Assembly: GCA_046075565.1 (NCBI GenBank)
Contig: JBJTQJ010000043.1
Coordinates: forward strand, 1 to 55,034
Direction of reading: 5' to 3'
Length of the DNA stretch: 55,034 nt
Origin: Verrucomicrobiales bacterium
GTDB lineage: Bacteria; Verrucomicrobiota; Verrucomicrobiia; Verrucomicrobiales; SLCJ01
Part shown: positions 25,410 through 35,619 of the stretch, piece by piece
Layout: each line of letters begins with the position of its first letter
Numbering within the stretch: position 1 is the first letter of the stretch
Program-made: the position numbers and the translations under genes
Notes under the pieces: model-generated
What the model saw: only the letters and a program-made list of their open reading frames with translations
The model's database searches: none
What the model was told of the DNA's origin: nothing

Positions 25410-27614
25410 TTAGATCGTCCCGATTGCTTTACGACCGATCCAGAACGCGGTGAAGATGGTGAGGATGGCGGCGGCCCAACCCCAGTGGGACCAGAGGCGG
25501 AGGATGCTGATGCTCGGCTCGGGCTCTGGCAGGGCGGCGATCTTTTCGATCAGGGCGGGCAAATCCCCGGAATTGGCGAGGCTGCCACGGGTGATACGTG
25601 CGATGTCGGCGAGGATGCCCGGATTGGCGGGCTGGCCGGTGCGTTCGATGGGTTCGCCCTGAACGAAGAATTTGGTGGTGACCGAATCGCCATTCTCCGG
25701 ACAGGAGGCGGTGAAGATATGTTCGCCGGGTTGGGTGACGGGGAACGTGCCGTGGAAACTGCCGGGGCCGTCGCGGTTGGGTGTGAGTTCGAGGCGGCGG
25801 GTGCGTCCGTCGGGGGTGGTGGCATCTAACAAGACCGTGCCATCCTTGAGCGGCACGCCGAAGTTGTCGTAGGCGTTGGCATTGAGAGTGAGGGTCAAGC
25901 CGGCCACGGGGTTTTCGGGGGCATAAAAGAGCCGCAGCTTTTCACCTTCGGCCATTTTCCGCTGGTAGCTCATCCAGCGGGCGACTTGGCCCCAGAAACG
26001 GTAGTGGTAGAGATCCTCGACGCCTTTCCGCCAGCGCCACGCCGAGTCGGTGCCTAGGTAGAGAACCTTGCCCGTGCCGGCGGTCATGGTCACGAGAAGC
26101 GGGATACGACCGAAATCATTTTTCATCGTCTCATGCACACCGAGCACATCGGTGCCGGCGCGTGCTTTGAGCACGGGAGCGGACCAGTAGAATCCGGGAA
26201 GCGATTTCCAGAGTTTCGGGTTGTCGCGTTCGTCCGGGGTGAGGATGGTGAGCAGATTGCGGTTGCCGGAATCGGTCAGCACGAGGGCGGATGGAGCGGG
26301 TGCGGCGGTGCCTTGCTTGCGGTTTTCATCAAGCACCACGGGCAGCAGGTCGCCGAGAGGGGTGCCGGCGATGCTGCTCTGGTCGCCCATACGCCCCGGG
26401 ATAAAGACGATGCCGCTGGCTTGCTGCTCGACCAGTTCCTTGAGTAGCCCAGCTTGTTCGATGCTCAGCTGTCCCGGGCCAACGCCGACATCGCCGATGA
26501 AAACGACATCGAAAGTGGAAAGCTCTTTCAGGTCGGAAGGAAATTTATCGACGTAATCGGGACCACCACCGCGGACATCGGTGTCGGGGTGGAAGAGCAT
26601 CGTCTGGACGGTAACCCCGGGGTCGCGCTGGAGGGCGTTGCGGATGAAGCGGTATTCCCAGCGGGGAAGAGTATCAAGCACCAGCACCTTGATGGACTCC
26701 CGACGAGCGTTGAGTTGGATCTTGCGGTCGTTGTTATCGGCGAGCATTTCGCCGGGCACCGCCTCGACGGTGATTTTGAGAGTAGAAGATCCTTCGCGGT
26801 TCGGCGTCCAGAAAACCGATTCGGTGGTCTCGCGTTGAGGTGGGAGTTTGACTTGTTTGGTCACCATGCGGCCGCTGCCGTCGTCGATGCGCACCGTGGT
26901 GGCAATGGCTTCGGGCATACTGTTGCGGATGGTGAATCCGATCTGCGCTTTGTCGCCGACGATGGCAAAAGAAGGGGCACTCACATCGGAGAGGGCAAGG
27001 TCGGGCAATGCCTTGGGAGCGCCGACGGGAATCGGGAAAACGGGAATCTTCTTCGGCCAGTATTCGGCGGCGGCCTCAAGGGGAGAAGATCCGGTATTCG
27101 AATCGCCATCAGTCAGCAACACGACCGCGCGGAGGTTTTCCTGGCGTTTGAGCAGGTTGGAGAGGGCCGCGTTGATGTCGGTTCCATGTTCAGCGGCTTT
27201 CTCGGGCGACGGCGGTGTGGAGAATGGCTCGACGACGACGGAGTTCGGTCCTTCGAGAGAATCCCAGAAACGCGTATCCAATTGACTTTTGATCCACTCG
27301 GCCCGGGTGAGCACCGGAGTATTCTTGTCATCGGGTTTGCCGGTGACATCGCGGGTGGTCATACTCAAGGAATCATCCCAGAGCACGGCGACAACGGGTT
27401 TGCGGTCCGGAGATTGGGTGGTGCGGATTTCCGGCTGCAGCAGGGTGGCGGCTGCGAGCGCGGCGCCGAGTACGCGCAGTGATTCCACAATGACGACGCG
27501 CCGTCCGCCGCCCGAGCGACGCCAGATGAGAATGGAAACAAAGGCAATGGCCACGAAAGCCGCGATGGCCAGGACCTTCATTCCGTTGGAGGCTGCGAAG
27601 TGGAGTTCGTTCAT
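25410..27614 (-). CDS. Membrane protein with vWA-like and GATase1-like domains (MoxR-associated)
   Basis: N-terminal TMs, DDSLSM, GTD, LLTDG, PRWEYRFIRNAL, SAWRWR, C-terminal TM ending W..RK. Confidence 0.8.
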   Translation of the reverse strand: MNELHFAASNGMKVLAIAAFVAIAFVSILIWRRSGGGRRVVIVESLRVLGAALAAATLLQPEIRTTQSPDRKPVVAVLWDDSLSMTTRDVTGKPDDKNTPVLTRAEWIKSQLDTRFWDSLEGPNSVVVEPFSTPPSPEKAAEHGTDINAALSNLLKRQENLRAVVLLTDGDSNTGSSPLEAAAEYWPKKIPVFPIPVGAPKALPDLALSDVSAPSFAIVGDKAQIGFTIRNSMPEAIATTVRIDDGSGRMVTKQVKLPPQRETTESVFWTPNREGSSTLKITVEAVPGEMLADNNDRKIQLNARRESIKVLVLDTLPRWEYRFIRNALQRDPGVTVQTMLFHPDTDVRGGGPDYVDKFPSDLKELSTFDVVFIGDVGVGPGQLSIEQAGLLKELVEQQASGIVFIPGRMGDQSSIAGTPLGDLLPVVLDENRKQGTAAPAPSALVLTDSGNRNLLTILTPDERDNPKLWKSLPGFYWSAPVLKARAGTDVLGVHETMKNDFGRIPLLVTMTAGTGKVLYLGTDSAWRWRKGVEDLYHYRFWGQVARWMSYQRKMAEGEKLRLFYAPENPVAGLTLTLNANAYDNFGVPLKDGTVLLDATTPDGRTRRLELTPNRDGPGSFHGTFPVTQPGEHIFTASCPENGDSVTTKFFVQGEPIERTGQPANPGILADIARITRGSLANSGDLPALIEKIAALPEPEPSISILRLWSHWGWAAAILTIFTAFWIGRKAIGTI

Positions 27615-29605
27615 GTCCGCGGTTGGGGGAGGGCGTCCTCGATTCCTGGCACCTTGCGTCCGGGCAAGGAGAGGAGGGCTTCAGAAAGCAGGAAGAAGAG
27701 CAGGGCGATGGCGAAGGCGCGCCAGATTTCGGAGGCGAGACCTTGTTCGCGGCTCACGCGTTCCTCGAAAAGCCGTGCGCGCATGCCATCGAGCAACTTG
27801 TCGAGTTCGGCGCGTTCAAGGGCAGGTGGAAGAAACTCTGCACCGGGAACATTGACGGCTGCGAGTGTGCTGCCGCGGCGATAGACACCGGCGCGGCTTT
27901 GTGTAGAAGCGGCTCCTTCGGTGGCCGCGCTATCGACGGTTTCCCATGCGGCTTTGGTCGCTGGATCAATTGGCAGTGGATCGCCGAGGGAGAGGGTCGG
28001 GGCATCCTGAGCGAAACGGGCGGCGCTCGAGAGAAGGCGTTCGATCAGCGGCAGGAGAACATTGTAAGATGCGAGGTCCGACCATCTCCGGTCCGGCAGG
28101 GTCGAACAAAACACCGCCTGCCCACGACCGACAACAAGTCGGGAAACCGCAGGAGAACCATCATCGAAAGTAGCAAGCACGGTGGCGTCGCCAGTGGCAA
28201 CGCGGCGGCGGATGATGAAGACTCGATCCATGGCCATGGGCATGCCGTCGCGGAAGTTGGCAAGCGGTCCACCGGTGGTTTCCCAAGAGAGGATGCCGAA
28301 TTTGCCATCGGCAGGCGCCGTCTCTTCAGGTGACCAGCCCAGCCCGAGACAACTTCCGGCGGAGGCCTCGGACGATCCGGGAGGGAAAAAGAGCACCGAC
28401 CCGCCGTTCTCCAGAAAGGTCGTCAACTCTTGCCCAACGGTGGCGTCGGGGAAAGGGGCTTGCCAGATGATTAGTCGCGTGTTTTTCCAATCGATCTTGT
28501 GCGCCTCTTCTGGCGCAAGGACGACCGACTTGCGGCTCGATTGGCCGGGGGGAGCGGAGGCGAGAGCGAGAATCTTGGACGCACGATCCGAGGAAACCAC
28601 CGTGGTGAGCAGGGGGTTCTCCGGGCCGAAGGCGAACCAGATGGCATTGTCGGCGGGCGACAGGTCAGGACCGAGAGTGATGCGGCCCCATCCGCCATCT
28701 TTTCGGTCGCCGACATCGATGCGCTTTCTAAGGGAAAGCACACCTTCTTGAATTTCGATGCTCTCCTGGCTGCCCGCTCCACCATCGAGGGACACCGTGA
28801 GCGGCAGGGAGGCGGATGATTCGCCTACGCGGCGAATATCGAGATCCAACTGCACTTCGGGGCCATCGCGCCAGACATTGATCAAATGGATGCCGTGTTC
28901 GGAAGCAGGTGCGCCTGTGAGGCCGAGCACACGCACGGGAGGGTCCTGACCGAGGGCACGATAGGACGAGCGAATGGTCTGCCAGCGGCCGTCGTTGGCG
29001 GCCCAGTTGCTGGCTTGCAAATCGGAGGCAATCCAGATTTCGGCTTTGCCGGGTTTGGCGGTGGCGAGATAGTCGAGGGCCTTTTCAAAAAGAGCGGGGA
29101 TATCCGCTCCGGCTTCGCTGGGACCGGTTTGCGGAAGATCGGCGAGGGCTTCGGCGGAAGCGAGTTCGATGGGCGAACCTCCCGCGCTGTCGAAGAGCAC
29201 GATGCGCGTGCCGGAGGCGAATTCACGGATGGCGGAGGAAACCCGGTCGAGCGCGTTGGCGCGTTTGGTCGGACCACCTTCTTCGATGCGACTCTCCATG
29301 GAAGCCGAACGATCCAATAACAAAAGGATTGCTTCCGGGCGGTTGCCGCCGAACCAGGAAACCCAGCCACCGGCGAGCGGCCGGCTGAGCGCGAAAATCA
29401 AGGCCGCCACCGCGAGCACGCGGCAGGCAAGAATGAGGAAATGGCGAAGGCGGCGGCGTCCGCGCGCTTGCTGCGTGGCCCGCACCAGGAACATCGTGGC
29501 TGCCCACTTGTAGGTGCGGTGCCTTCGTTTGTTCAGCAGGTGCACGAGGATGGGCACCAGCACGAAGGGCAGGCCGAAAAGCAGGAATGGCTGGAGAAAA
29601 GACAT
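27611..29605 (-). CDS. BatA domain and vWA domain protein
   Basis: MSFLQP..PILVHL..WAATMFL, DRSASM MIDAS motif, C-terminal TM. Confidence 0.88.
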   Translation of the reverse strand: MSFLQPFLLFGLPFVLVPILVHLLNKRRHRTYKWAATMFLVRATQQARGRRRLRHFLILACRVLAVAALIFALSRPLAGGWVSWFGGNRPEAILLLLDRSASMESRIEEGGPTKRANALDRVSSAIREFASGTRIVLFDSAGGSPIELASAEALADLPQTGPSEAGADIPALFEKALDYLATAKPGKAEIWIASDLQASNWAANDGRWQTIRSSYRALGQDPPVRVLGLTGAPASEHGIHLINVWRDGPEVQLDLDIRRVGESSASLPLTVSLDGGAGSQESIEIQEGVLSLRKRIDVGDRKDGGWGRITLGPDLSPADNAIWFAFGPENPLLTTVVSSDRASKILALASAPPGQSSRKSVVLAPEEAHKIDWKNTRLIIWQAPFPDATVGQELTTFLENGGSVLFFPPGSSEASAGSCLGLGWSPEETAPADGKFGILSWETTGGPLANFRDGMPMAMDRVFIIRRRVATGDATVLATFDDGSPAVSRLVVGRGQAVFCSTLPDRRWSDLASYNVLLPLIERLLSSAARFAQDAPTLSLGDPLPIDPATKAAWETVDSAATEGAASTQSRAGVYRRGSTLAAVNVPGAEFLPPALERAELDKLLDGMRARLFEERVSREQGLASEIWRAFAIALLFFLLSEALLSLPGRKVPGIEDALPQPRT

Positions 29606-29620
29606 GGGTCTGGAGCCGGA

Positions 29621-30523
29621 TCAGCGTTTCTTGGGCGTGCGGGCGGTGAGGAAGTCGGCCAGCAGGTCTCCTTGGTCGCAGTCGGTCGTCACGAGATGGT
29701 AATCGGTTTTACAGGCGTGGCATATTCTGCGCACTTCGGCCAGGTAATCGCGCAGGCCCTCATGATAGCGTTCAGCGATGATCCTCGGCTCAAGCGGAAT
29801 GGTCGTGCCGTCCTCGAGATCGACGAAACGCAGCGGACGGTCGAAACGGAACTCGATCTCCTGGCGGTCGAACAGATGGAAAACCGCGACATCGTGTTTG
29901 TTGAAACGCAAATGCTGGAGAGCTTCGTTCAGGCCTTCCGGTTCGAAGAACAAATCGGAAAGCACGACCACCAGCGCGCGTTGGCGGATTTTCTCCGCGA
30001 CCGTGTGAAGGGACGCCACGAGTCCTGTGCCACCTTGCGGGTTGGAGGACACCAGCGCTTCGTAAATCGTCTGCAAGTGCGACGCCTTCCGCATGGGCGG
30101 GATATCCTTGGTGATCTTTTCGCTGCACGTGGTCAAGCCGACCGCGTCACCACCGAGAATGGTCAGGTGCGCGAGCGTGGCTGCCATGCTTCGGGCGAAG
30201 TCGAGTTTGCTCGGACCACCCGAACTGAATCCCATCGAAGCGCTCGTATCGACGACGACATAGAAACGCAAATTCGTGTCGGCCTCGAACTCCTTGATGT
30301 AATAGCGATCCGAGCGCGCGTAAGCCCGCCAATCGAGACGTCGCGGATCATCGCCCGGCACGTATTTCCGGTATTCGGCGAACTCAACGCTCGAACCCCG
30401 GTGCGGACTCTGGTGGCGACCCGAGACGTTGCCGAGCATGGGCATCCGCGAGAAGAGCGGAAGCGCGGCCAAGCGACCCAATACTTTCGGATCGACAAAA
30501 TCTCGGATGGTCGGCGCAGCCAT
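29621..30523 (-). CDS. DUF58 family protein
   Basis: GRHQS..GSSVEFAEYRKYVPGDDPRRLDW, DTSASM. Confidence 0.93.
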   Translation of the reverse strand: MAAPTIRDFVDPKVLGRLAALPLFSRMPMLGNVSGRHQSPHRGSSVEFAEYRKYVPGDDPRRLDWRAYARSDRYYIKEFEADTNLRFYVVVDTSASMGFSSGGPSKLDFARSMAATLAHLTILGGDAVGLTTCSEKITKDIPPMRKASHLQTIYEALVSSNPQGGTGLVASLHTVAEKIRQRALVVVLSDLFFEPEGLNEALQHLRFNKHDVAVFHLFDRQEIEFRFDRPLRFVDLEDGTTIPLEPRIIAERYHEGLRDYLAEVRRICHACKTDYHLVTTDCDQGDLLADFLTARTPKKR

Positions 30524-30548
30524 GAAGTCGCTAGGAGTGATTCCCTAC

Positions 30549-31574
30549 TCAGGCATCCTTGCTGGTTTCTTCGATCAGGCGGCTGACGATTTTTTTGCTC
30601 GAAAAGCCCTCGCTCTCGGCGGTGAAATTCGTCAATACGCGGTGAACGAGCACGGGTTCGGCCACGGCCTCGATGTCTTCCATGCGGGCCATGTAGCTGC
30701 CTTGCAGGGCGGCGCGGGCTTTCGCTCCGAGGACCAGATACTGCACGGCCCGCGGGCCGGCACCCCAGCTGACATATTGTTTGATCCAGTCGGGCGCGGT
30801 CGGATCATCCGGGCGGGTGCGGCGCACGAGGTTGACCGCGTAATCATAAAGGTGGTCCGGCACCGGCAGGCGGCGGACGAGCGACTGGAAGCGCATCAGT
30901 TCTTCGCCGCTGATGATGCGGTTGAGTGTGTTGCGAAAGTCGCCTGTCGTCTCGCGGGCGATGCGTAGTTCTTCCTCCGCGCTGGGATAACCGACCTCGA
31001 TGAGGAACATGAAGCGGTCGAGTTGCGCTTCCGGCAATGGATAGGTTCCTTCCTGTTCGACCGGGTTCTGCGTGGCCAGCACGAAGAATGGTTGATCGAG
31101 ATGGAAGGTCTTGCCCATGATTGTGACCCTGTGTTCCTGCATCGCCTCGAGCAAGGCGGCCTGGGTTTTCGCCGGGGCGCGGTTGATTTCGTCGGCGAGC
31201 ACGATGTTCGCGAAAATCGGACCTCTGACGAATTCGAAAATCCGCTTTCCGCCCGTCACATCATCCTGGAGGATGTCCGTGCCGGTAATGTCCATCGGCA
31301 TCAGGTCGGGGGTGAACTGGATCCGGCTGAAAGTCAGCGACATCGTCTGGGCCAGCGAGCTGATGAGCAAGGTCTTCGCCAAACCGGGAACACCCATGAG
31401 CAGGGAGTGGCCGCGCCCGAAAATCGAAATGGCGAGACGTTCGATGACTTCCTGTTGACCGATAATGACTTTGCCAAGCTCGTTGTTGAGGTTGGCGTAA
31501 AGTTGGCCGAGTTGGTCGATGGCGGCGACGTCATCCTCGTGGATGGTTTGCTGGGCTTGGGCTGAGGTATTCAT
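30549..31574 (-). CDS. MoxR-family AAA+ ATPase
   Basis: GVPGLAKT, RIQFTPDLMP, LADEINRA, ATQNPVEQEGTYPLPEAQLDRF. Confidence 0.95.
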   Translation of the reverse strand: MNTSAQAQQTIHEDDVAAIDQLGQLYANLNNELGKVIIGQQEVIERLAISIFGRGHSLLMGVPGLAKTLLISSLAQTMSLTFSRIQFTPDLMPMDITGTDILQDDVTGGKRIFEFVRGPIFANIVLADEINRAPAKTQAALLEAMQEHRVTIMGKTFHLDQPFFVLATQNPVEQEGTYPLPEAQLDRFMFLIEVGYPSAEEELRIARETTGDFRNTLNRIISGEELMRFQSLVRRLPVPDHLYDYAVNLVRRTRPDDPTAPDWIKQYVSWGAGPRAVQYLVLGAKARAALQGSYMARMEDIEAVAEPVLVHRVLTNFTAESEGFSSKKIVSRLIEETSKDA

Positions 31575-31721
31575 GGATTGATAAAAAAGCGCTGGCGCAA
31601 AGGATTACGCAGGAAAGCGTCGCAGTCTGGCGCGGCAATCTTCATTTGTCCACTTCCGCCTGCATTTTCTTGGCAGGAAATACCCGCCGGGCCGACTTTC
31701 CACGGGCGACCATCACCAGCC

Positions 31722-32675
31722 TCAGACCGGGAGCAAGGGCAGAGCGAAGCGTTGGTGGAAAATCGCAAGCGCCGATTCCGAACATGAACGTCCGGAGTCG
31801 AGCAATTGGCGGTGAATGGAACGCGGGCTGGCCTTCGGATTTTCCTCCAGCGACCGCCGGACAAATATTTCCAGCTCGAGCGAGCCGATTTTACGACGGG
31901 CGGTGGCTTTGGGTTTACTCTCTGGACGGGGGAGCCGCCAGCTCATTTGCCTCATCCAACCCTGGAGAAAATCGGCCCGCCATTCCTCCGGGGAAAATTC
32001 CGTCATGATATGCCGGGCCATACGGCTGGTCACGGTGGCCCGGGGTCCCCCGAGCATTTTCTCGAATAGGGCGTCCACTTTCAGCAGGGATGCGCCAAGT
32101 CCGGGGTCGGAGGAATGGGTGCTGGTCAGGATGAGGAAGCGATTTCCGTCTTTCGCCGCTTCTTTTGCCTCCCAAAGGTCGGCATGGAGGGCATCCAGGG
32201 CCTCCGAACCTAGTATAATCAGGTAGGCGGCCTCGGGAAACCTCCGCACGAGGTCCGCCACGCCATTGGGATACCCCGATTTTGCCCGCAACGTGCCTAG
32301 GGATTCCCACCAAGCCTGCATGGCCACCGACGTGCGGGCCGGAGCCTCGGGATGGTCGGGGTCGAACGAGGCGAGGGCGTGCGGGCACGATTCCTTGTGG
32401 TGCAACAACCCGGCGGACGCGGAGGCGACCCACCAGTCTTTTAACCCCTGCATGGACTGAAATCCCGTCTTGATCTGGTTCCAGGCGTCGCCACTTCCCG
32501 CCGCATCAACCGGCAAGGGGGAGCGCGCCCGCGTGAGCCGGGCGATCCATTCCTCGAACCGTTTCGACGCGGGACCGGGGGCGAGATTGGAGACCCGTTG
32601 AGCCGTCGCCGGGGGCAGCCGCGACCCCGGGGATTGCGGAGAGATCAAGATGGCGGCGGGCGAGGCGGACTCCAT
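31722..32675 (-). CDS. Hypothetical protein, possibly a diverged YaaA/DpdC-like protein
   Basis: 317 aa ORF filling the gap, with its own promoter-like TTGAGC-17-CATAGT; family assignment rests on recalled motif similarity only. Confidence 0.6.
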   Translation of the reverse strand: MESASPAAILISPQSPGSRLPPATAQRVSNLAPGPASKRFEEWIARLTRARSPLPVDAAGSGDAWNQIKTGFQSMQGLKDWWVASASAGLLHHKESCPHALASFDPDHPEAPARTSVAMQAWWESLGTLRAKSGYPNGVADLVRRFPEAAYLIILGSEALDALHADLWEAKEAAKDGNRFLILTSTHSSDPGLGASLLKVDALFEKMLGGPRATVTSRMARHIMTEFSPEEWRADFLQGWMRQMSWRLPRPESKPKATARRKIGSLELEIFVRRSLEENPKASPRSIHRQLLDSGRSCSESALAIFHQRFALPLLPV

Positions 32676-32966
32676 GAACAGCGCCCACTATGCGTTGCCG
32701 GGCGCCCCCGCTCAAGGCGATTCCTCGCCGTCTTTCCGGTCTCGTGCTCTAAATGTTCCCTTCCCGGACAGTGAATTGCCATAATTGGGCTGTTGTTTCC
32801 GCGATCGAAGACTCGCATCTTTGAAAAGGTGTTGGCAAAAACTTCCACAAATCCGCATTTCCTTGTTTCCGGATTGTCCTTTGTGGTTTAGTGTTCTTGC
32901 TTCCGCAAGCGGGTGCGGCGCGTATATCACCGACGCTACTGCTTATTGTCCCCATTCACGAATCCC

Positions 32967-34082
32967 ATGTTCAAGCATATTCCCATTGAACGAGTCCGCT
33001 GGACCAATACCGCGTTCCTCGCGGCCATCAACATCACCGCCCTCGTGGCCATGCCGATCTTTATCTGGAAACATGGCATCGACATTTTCCAGATCGGCCT
33101 CTTCCTCCTCTACTTCATCGCGACCGGCATGAGCATCACGCTCGGCTATCACCGCCTCTTCGCCCACCTCTCCTTCAAGGCGAAATGGCCGGTGAAACTT
33201 GCCACCTTGATCTTCGGCGCCTGCGCGTTCGAGAATTCCGCCATCAACTGGGTTTCCGATCACCGCCGGCATCACAAACACGTCGACCACGATGATGATC
33301 CGTATGATATCACCAAGGGGTTCCTCTGGGCCCACATCGGCTGGATTCTTTTCAAACTTCGCCCCGAGCCGCCGGTCGAAAATGTGAATGATCTCTGGAA
33401 AGACAAACTTGTGGTCTGGCAGCACAAATACTGCATCCCTATCGCCATTGTTTTCGGTCTGGCCTTGCCAGCCGCACTTGGTTACTGGTATGGCGGATCC
33501 ACCGCCGCGCTCGGTGCTTTCCTCATCGGTGGCGTGGGCCGCGTTTTCTTCGTGCAACATTGCACATTCTTCATCAACTCGCTCTGCCACACCATCGGCC
33601 GTCAGCCGTATTCCACGAAGTGCAGCGCCCGTGACAGTGCCGTGATGGCCTTCTTCACGTTCGGCGAAGGTTACCATAACTTCCACCACGAGTTCCAACA
33701 CGACTACCGCAACGGCATCAAGGCTTTCAGCTTCGACCCGACCAAGTGGTCAATCTGGTTGCTCGCCAAAATCGGGCTGGCCAGCGAGCTCCGCCGCGTG
33801 CCTGCTGAAAAAATTCTGCTTGCCGAAATGACCGAAGCGCGCAAACAAGCTGAAGCCCATTTGCATGCTCCCCACTCCTCGTGGGAAGAAGCCGGTCAGC
33901 ACGCCCGCGAAATGCTTGCCCAACTCACCACCCGCGTGACTGAAGCTTACCACGAACTCGAAGTCGCTTTCTCCGAAAAGGTCGAAGTATCCCGTCAGCG
34001 CATGGAAGAATGGCGCAGGGAAACCCGCGAACTAGCAGGCCTCCTGGCTCGCCTTGATCGCGCGGCACCAAACCATTCGTAA
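32967..34082 (+). CDS. Acyl-CoA/acyl-lipid delta-9 desaturase with helical C-terminal extension
   Basis: His boxes YHRLFAH, HRRHH, YHNFHH. Confidence 0.93.
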   Translation: MFKHIPIERVRWTNTAFLAAINITALVAMPIFIWKHGIDIFQIGLFLLYFIATGMSITLGYHRLFAHLSFKAKWPVKLATLIFGACAFENSAINWVSDHRRHHKHVDHDDDPYDITKGFLWAHIGWILFKLRPEPPVENVNDLWKDKLVVWQHKYCIPIAIVFGLALPAALGYWYGGSTAALGAFLIGGVGRVFFVQHCTFFINSLCHTIGRQPYSTKCSARDSAVMAFFTFGEGYHNFHHEFQHDYRNGIKAFSFDPTKWSIWLLAKIGLASELRRVPAEKILLAEMTEARKQAEAHLHAPHSSWEEAGQHAREMLAQLTTRVTEAYHELEVAFSEKVEVSRQRMEEWRRETRELAGLLARLDRAAPNHS

Positions 34083-34094
34083 GTCATCTGAAAA

Positions 34095-34859
34095 ATGCTC
34101 GAACTCGAGGACATCACACGCGACTTCCATCGCGGCAACCAGCATGTCCGCGCGGTTGATGGTGTTTCCCTTGGGATTTCGAGAGGTGAGATTCTAGGAT
34201 TGGTCGGTGAATCCGGTTGCGGAAAGTCGACCCTGTCCCGCATCATCATGCAGTTGTTGCCTCCGAGCAGCGGACGCATCCTCCTCGACGGAACCGATCT
34301 CACCTCGCTCCCTCAGAGGGAAATCCGCGCCCGCCGGTTGGATTTCCAAATGGTTTTCCAGGACCCCTATGGGTCGCTGAACCCGCGTATGACGGTGTTT
34401 TCCACCCTGGCCGAGGCCTTGCGCCAGCGTCATCCTTTTCTGAAAGGAGCGGATCTCGCTGCGCATGTCGGTGTGCTCATGGAACGTGTGGGACTTGCCG
34501 CCGCCCAGATGCGCAAATACCCGCATGAATTCTCCGGCGGCCAACGCCAGCGCGTGGCCATCGCCCGTGCGCTTGCCACCGAGCCACGTTTGATCATCGC
34601 CGACGAACCGGTGAGCGCCCTGGATGTGTCCATCCAGTCGCAGATCCTCAATCTTCTGCAGGGACTGCGCCGCGATCTTGGCCTGACCATGCTTTTCATC
34701 TCGCATGATCTTTCGGTGGTCCATTATCTGGCCGACCGTATCGCGGTCATGCACCGGGGCAAGATTGTCGAAACCGGCCCCGCCGATCAGGTTTTCCACC
34801 AACCCGCCCACGAATACACGCGCAGCCTTCTGGCCGCCATCCCGCGCATCGCCTCTTAA
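34095..34859 (+). CDS. ABC ATP-binding protein, OppF/DppF type
   Basis: GESGCGKST, VFQDP, YPHEFSGGQRQR, DEPVSALDVS. Confidence 0.92.
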   Translation: MLELEDITRDFHRGNQHVRAVDGVSLGISRGEILGLVGESGCGKSTLSRIIMQLLPPSSGRILLDGTDLTSLPQREIRARRLDFQMVFQDPYGSLNPRMTVFSTLAEALRQRHPFLKGADLAAHVGVLMERVGLAAAQMRKYPHEFSGGQRQRVAIARALATEPRLIIADEPVSALDVSIQSQILNLLQGLRRDLGLTMLFISHDLSVVHYLADRIAVMHRGKIVETGPADQVFHQPAHEYTRSLLAAIPRIAS

Positions 34860-34863
34860 TCGA

Positions 34864-35619
34864 ATGGCCCGACAGCCTTCCCTCCGTCTGCAAGCATTGG
34901 CTTGGGTTGTCGTCCTGCTTGTCACCGGCGGTTTGTCGGCTCTCGTATTCCAACGTCTCGCTCCGAGATCCGACTTCTCCGGGGTTTGGGAATTCCGGCA
35001 GTTATTCGTGCAAGGATGGTTGCTCACGCTCGGCGTTTCCATTGCCGCCCTTGCCTGCGCGTGCCTGACCGCCCCACTCTGGGCGGCCATGCGCCTCGCG
35101 CCCCTTTCCGCGACCCGCTGGTTTGCCAGCGCCACCATTGGGTTGTTGCGTGGCACACCCTTCCTCGTCCTCCTTCTTGTCGGCTTCTATGTTATCGCCG
35201 ATGCTCTCGGATTGGAAAACAGACTCGTCGTTGGCATCGGCATGCTCGCCCTTTACCACGGTGCCTATCTCGGCGAAATGCTCAGGGGCGGCATCGAATC
35301 GGTCGGGCGCACGCAATGGGAAGCGGCCCGTGCGGTCGGCCTGGATCGTCACTCCGCCTTTCGCCATGTCATCCTGCCCCAGGCCTTGCGTCGCGTGCTT
35401 CCAGGTCTCGCGGGCCAGTCCATCACGCTCGTGAAGGATTCCGCACTCCTCAGTGTCATTGGCGTGATGGAGTTGACCAAACAGGCGCAGTCGGCCAGCA
35501 CTCTCACCTTCAGCACCTTTGAGGCCTACCTGCCCATGGCGGGCGGGTATTTGCTGCTCACCCTGCCGTTGGACGCGTTGGCCGCGCATCTGGAAAGGAG
35601 GTTCGTCCATGCGGATTGA
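34864..35619 (+). CDS. Polar amino acid ABC permease
   Basis: RGTP, AYLGEMLRGGIESV..QWEAA, VILPQA, LVKDS. Confidence 0.9.
   Translation: MARQPSLRLQALAWVVVLLVTGGLSALVFQRLAPRSDFSGVWEFRQLFVQGWLLTLGVSIAALACACLTAPLWAAMRLAPLSATRWFASATIGLLRGTPFLVLLLVGFYVIADALGLENRLVVGIGMLALYHGAYLGEMLRGGIESVGRTQWEAARAVGLDRHSAFRHVILPQALRRVLPGLAGQSITLVKDSALLSVIGVMELTKQAQSASTLTFSTFEAYLPMAGGYLLLTLPLDALAAHLERRFVHAD

Noticed and set aside
25410-31574. MoxR-DUF58-BatA-vWA operon as a novel system
   Set aside because: A common, already described arrangement in PVC bacteria with nothing unusual here
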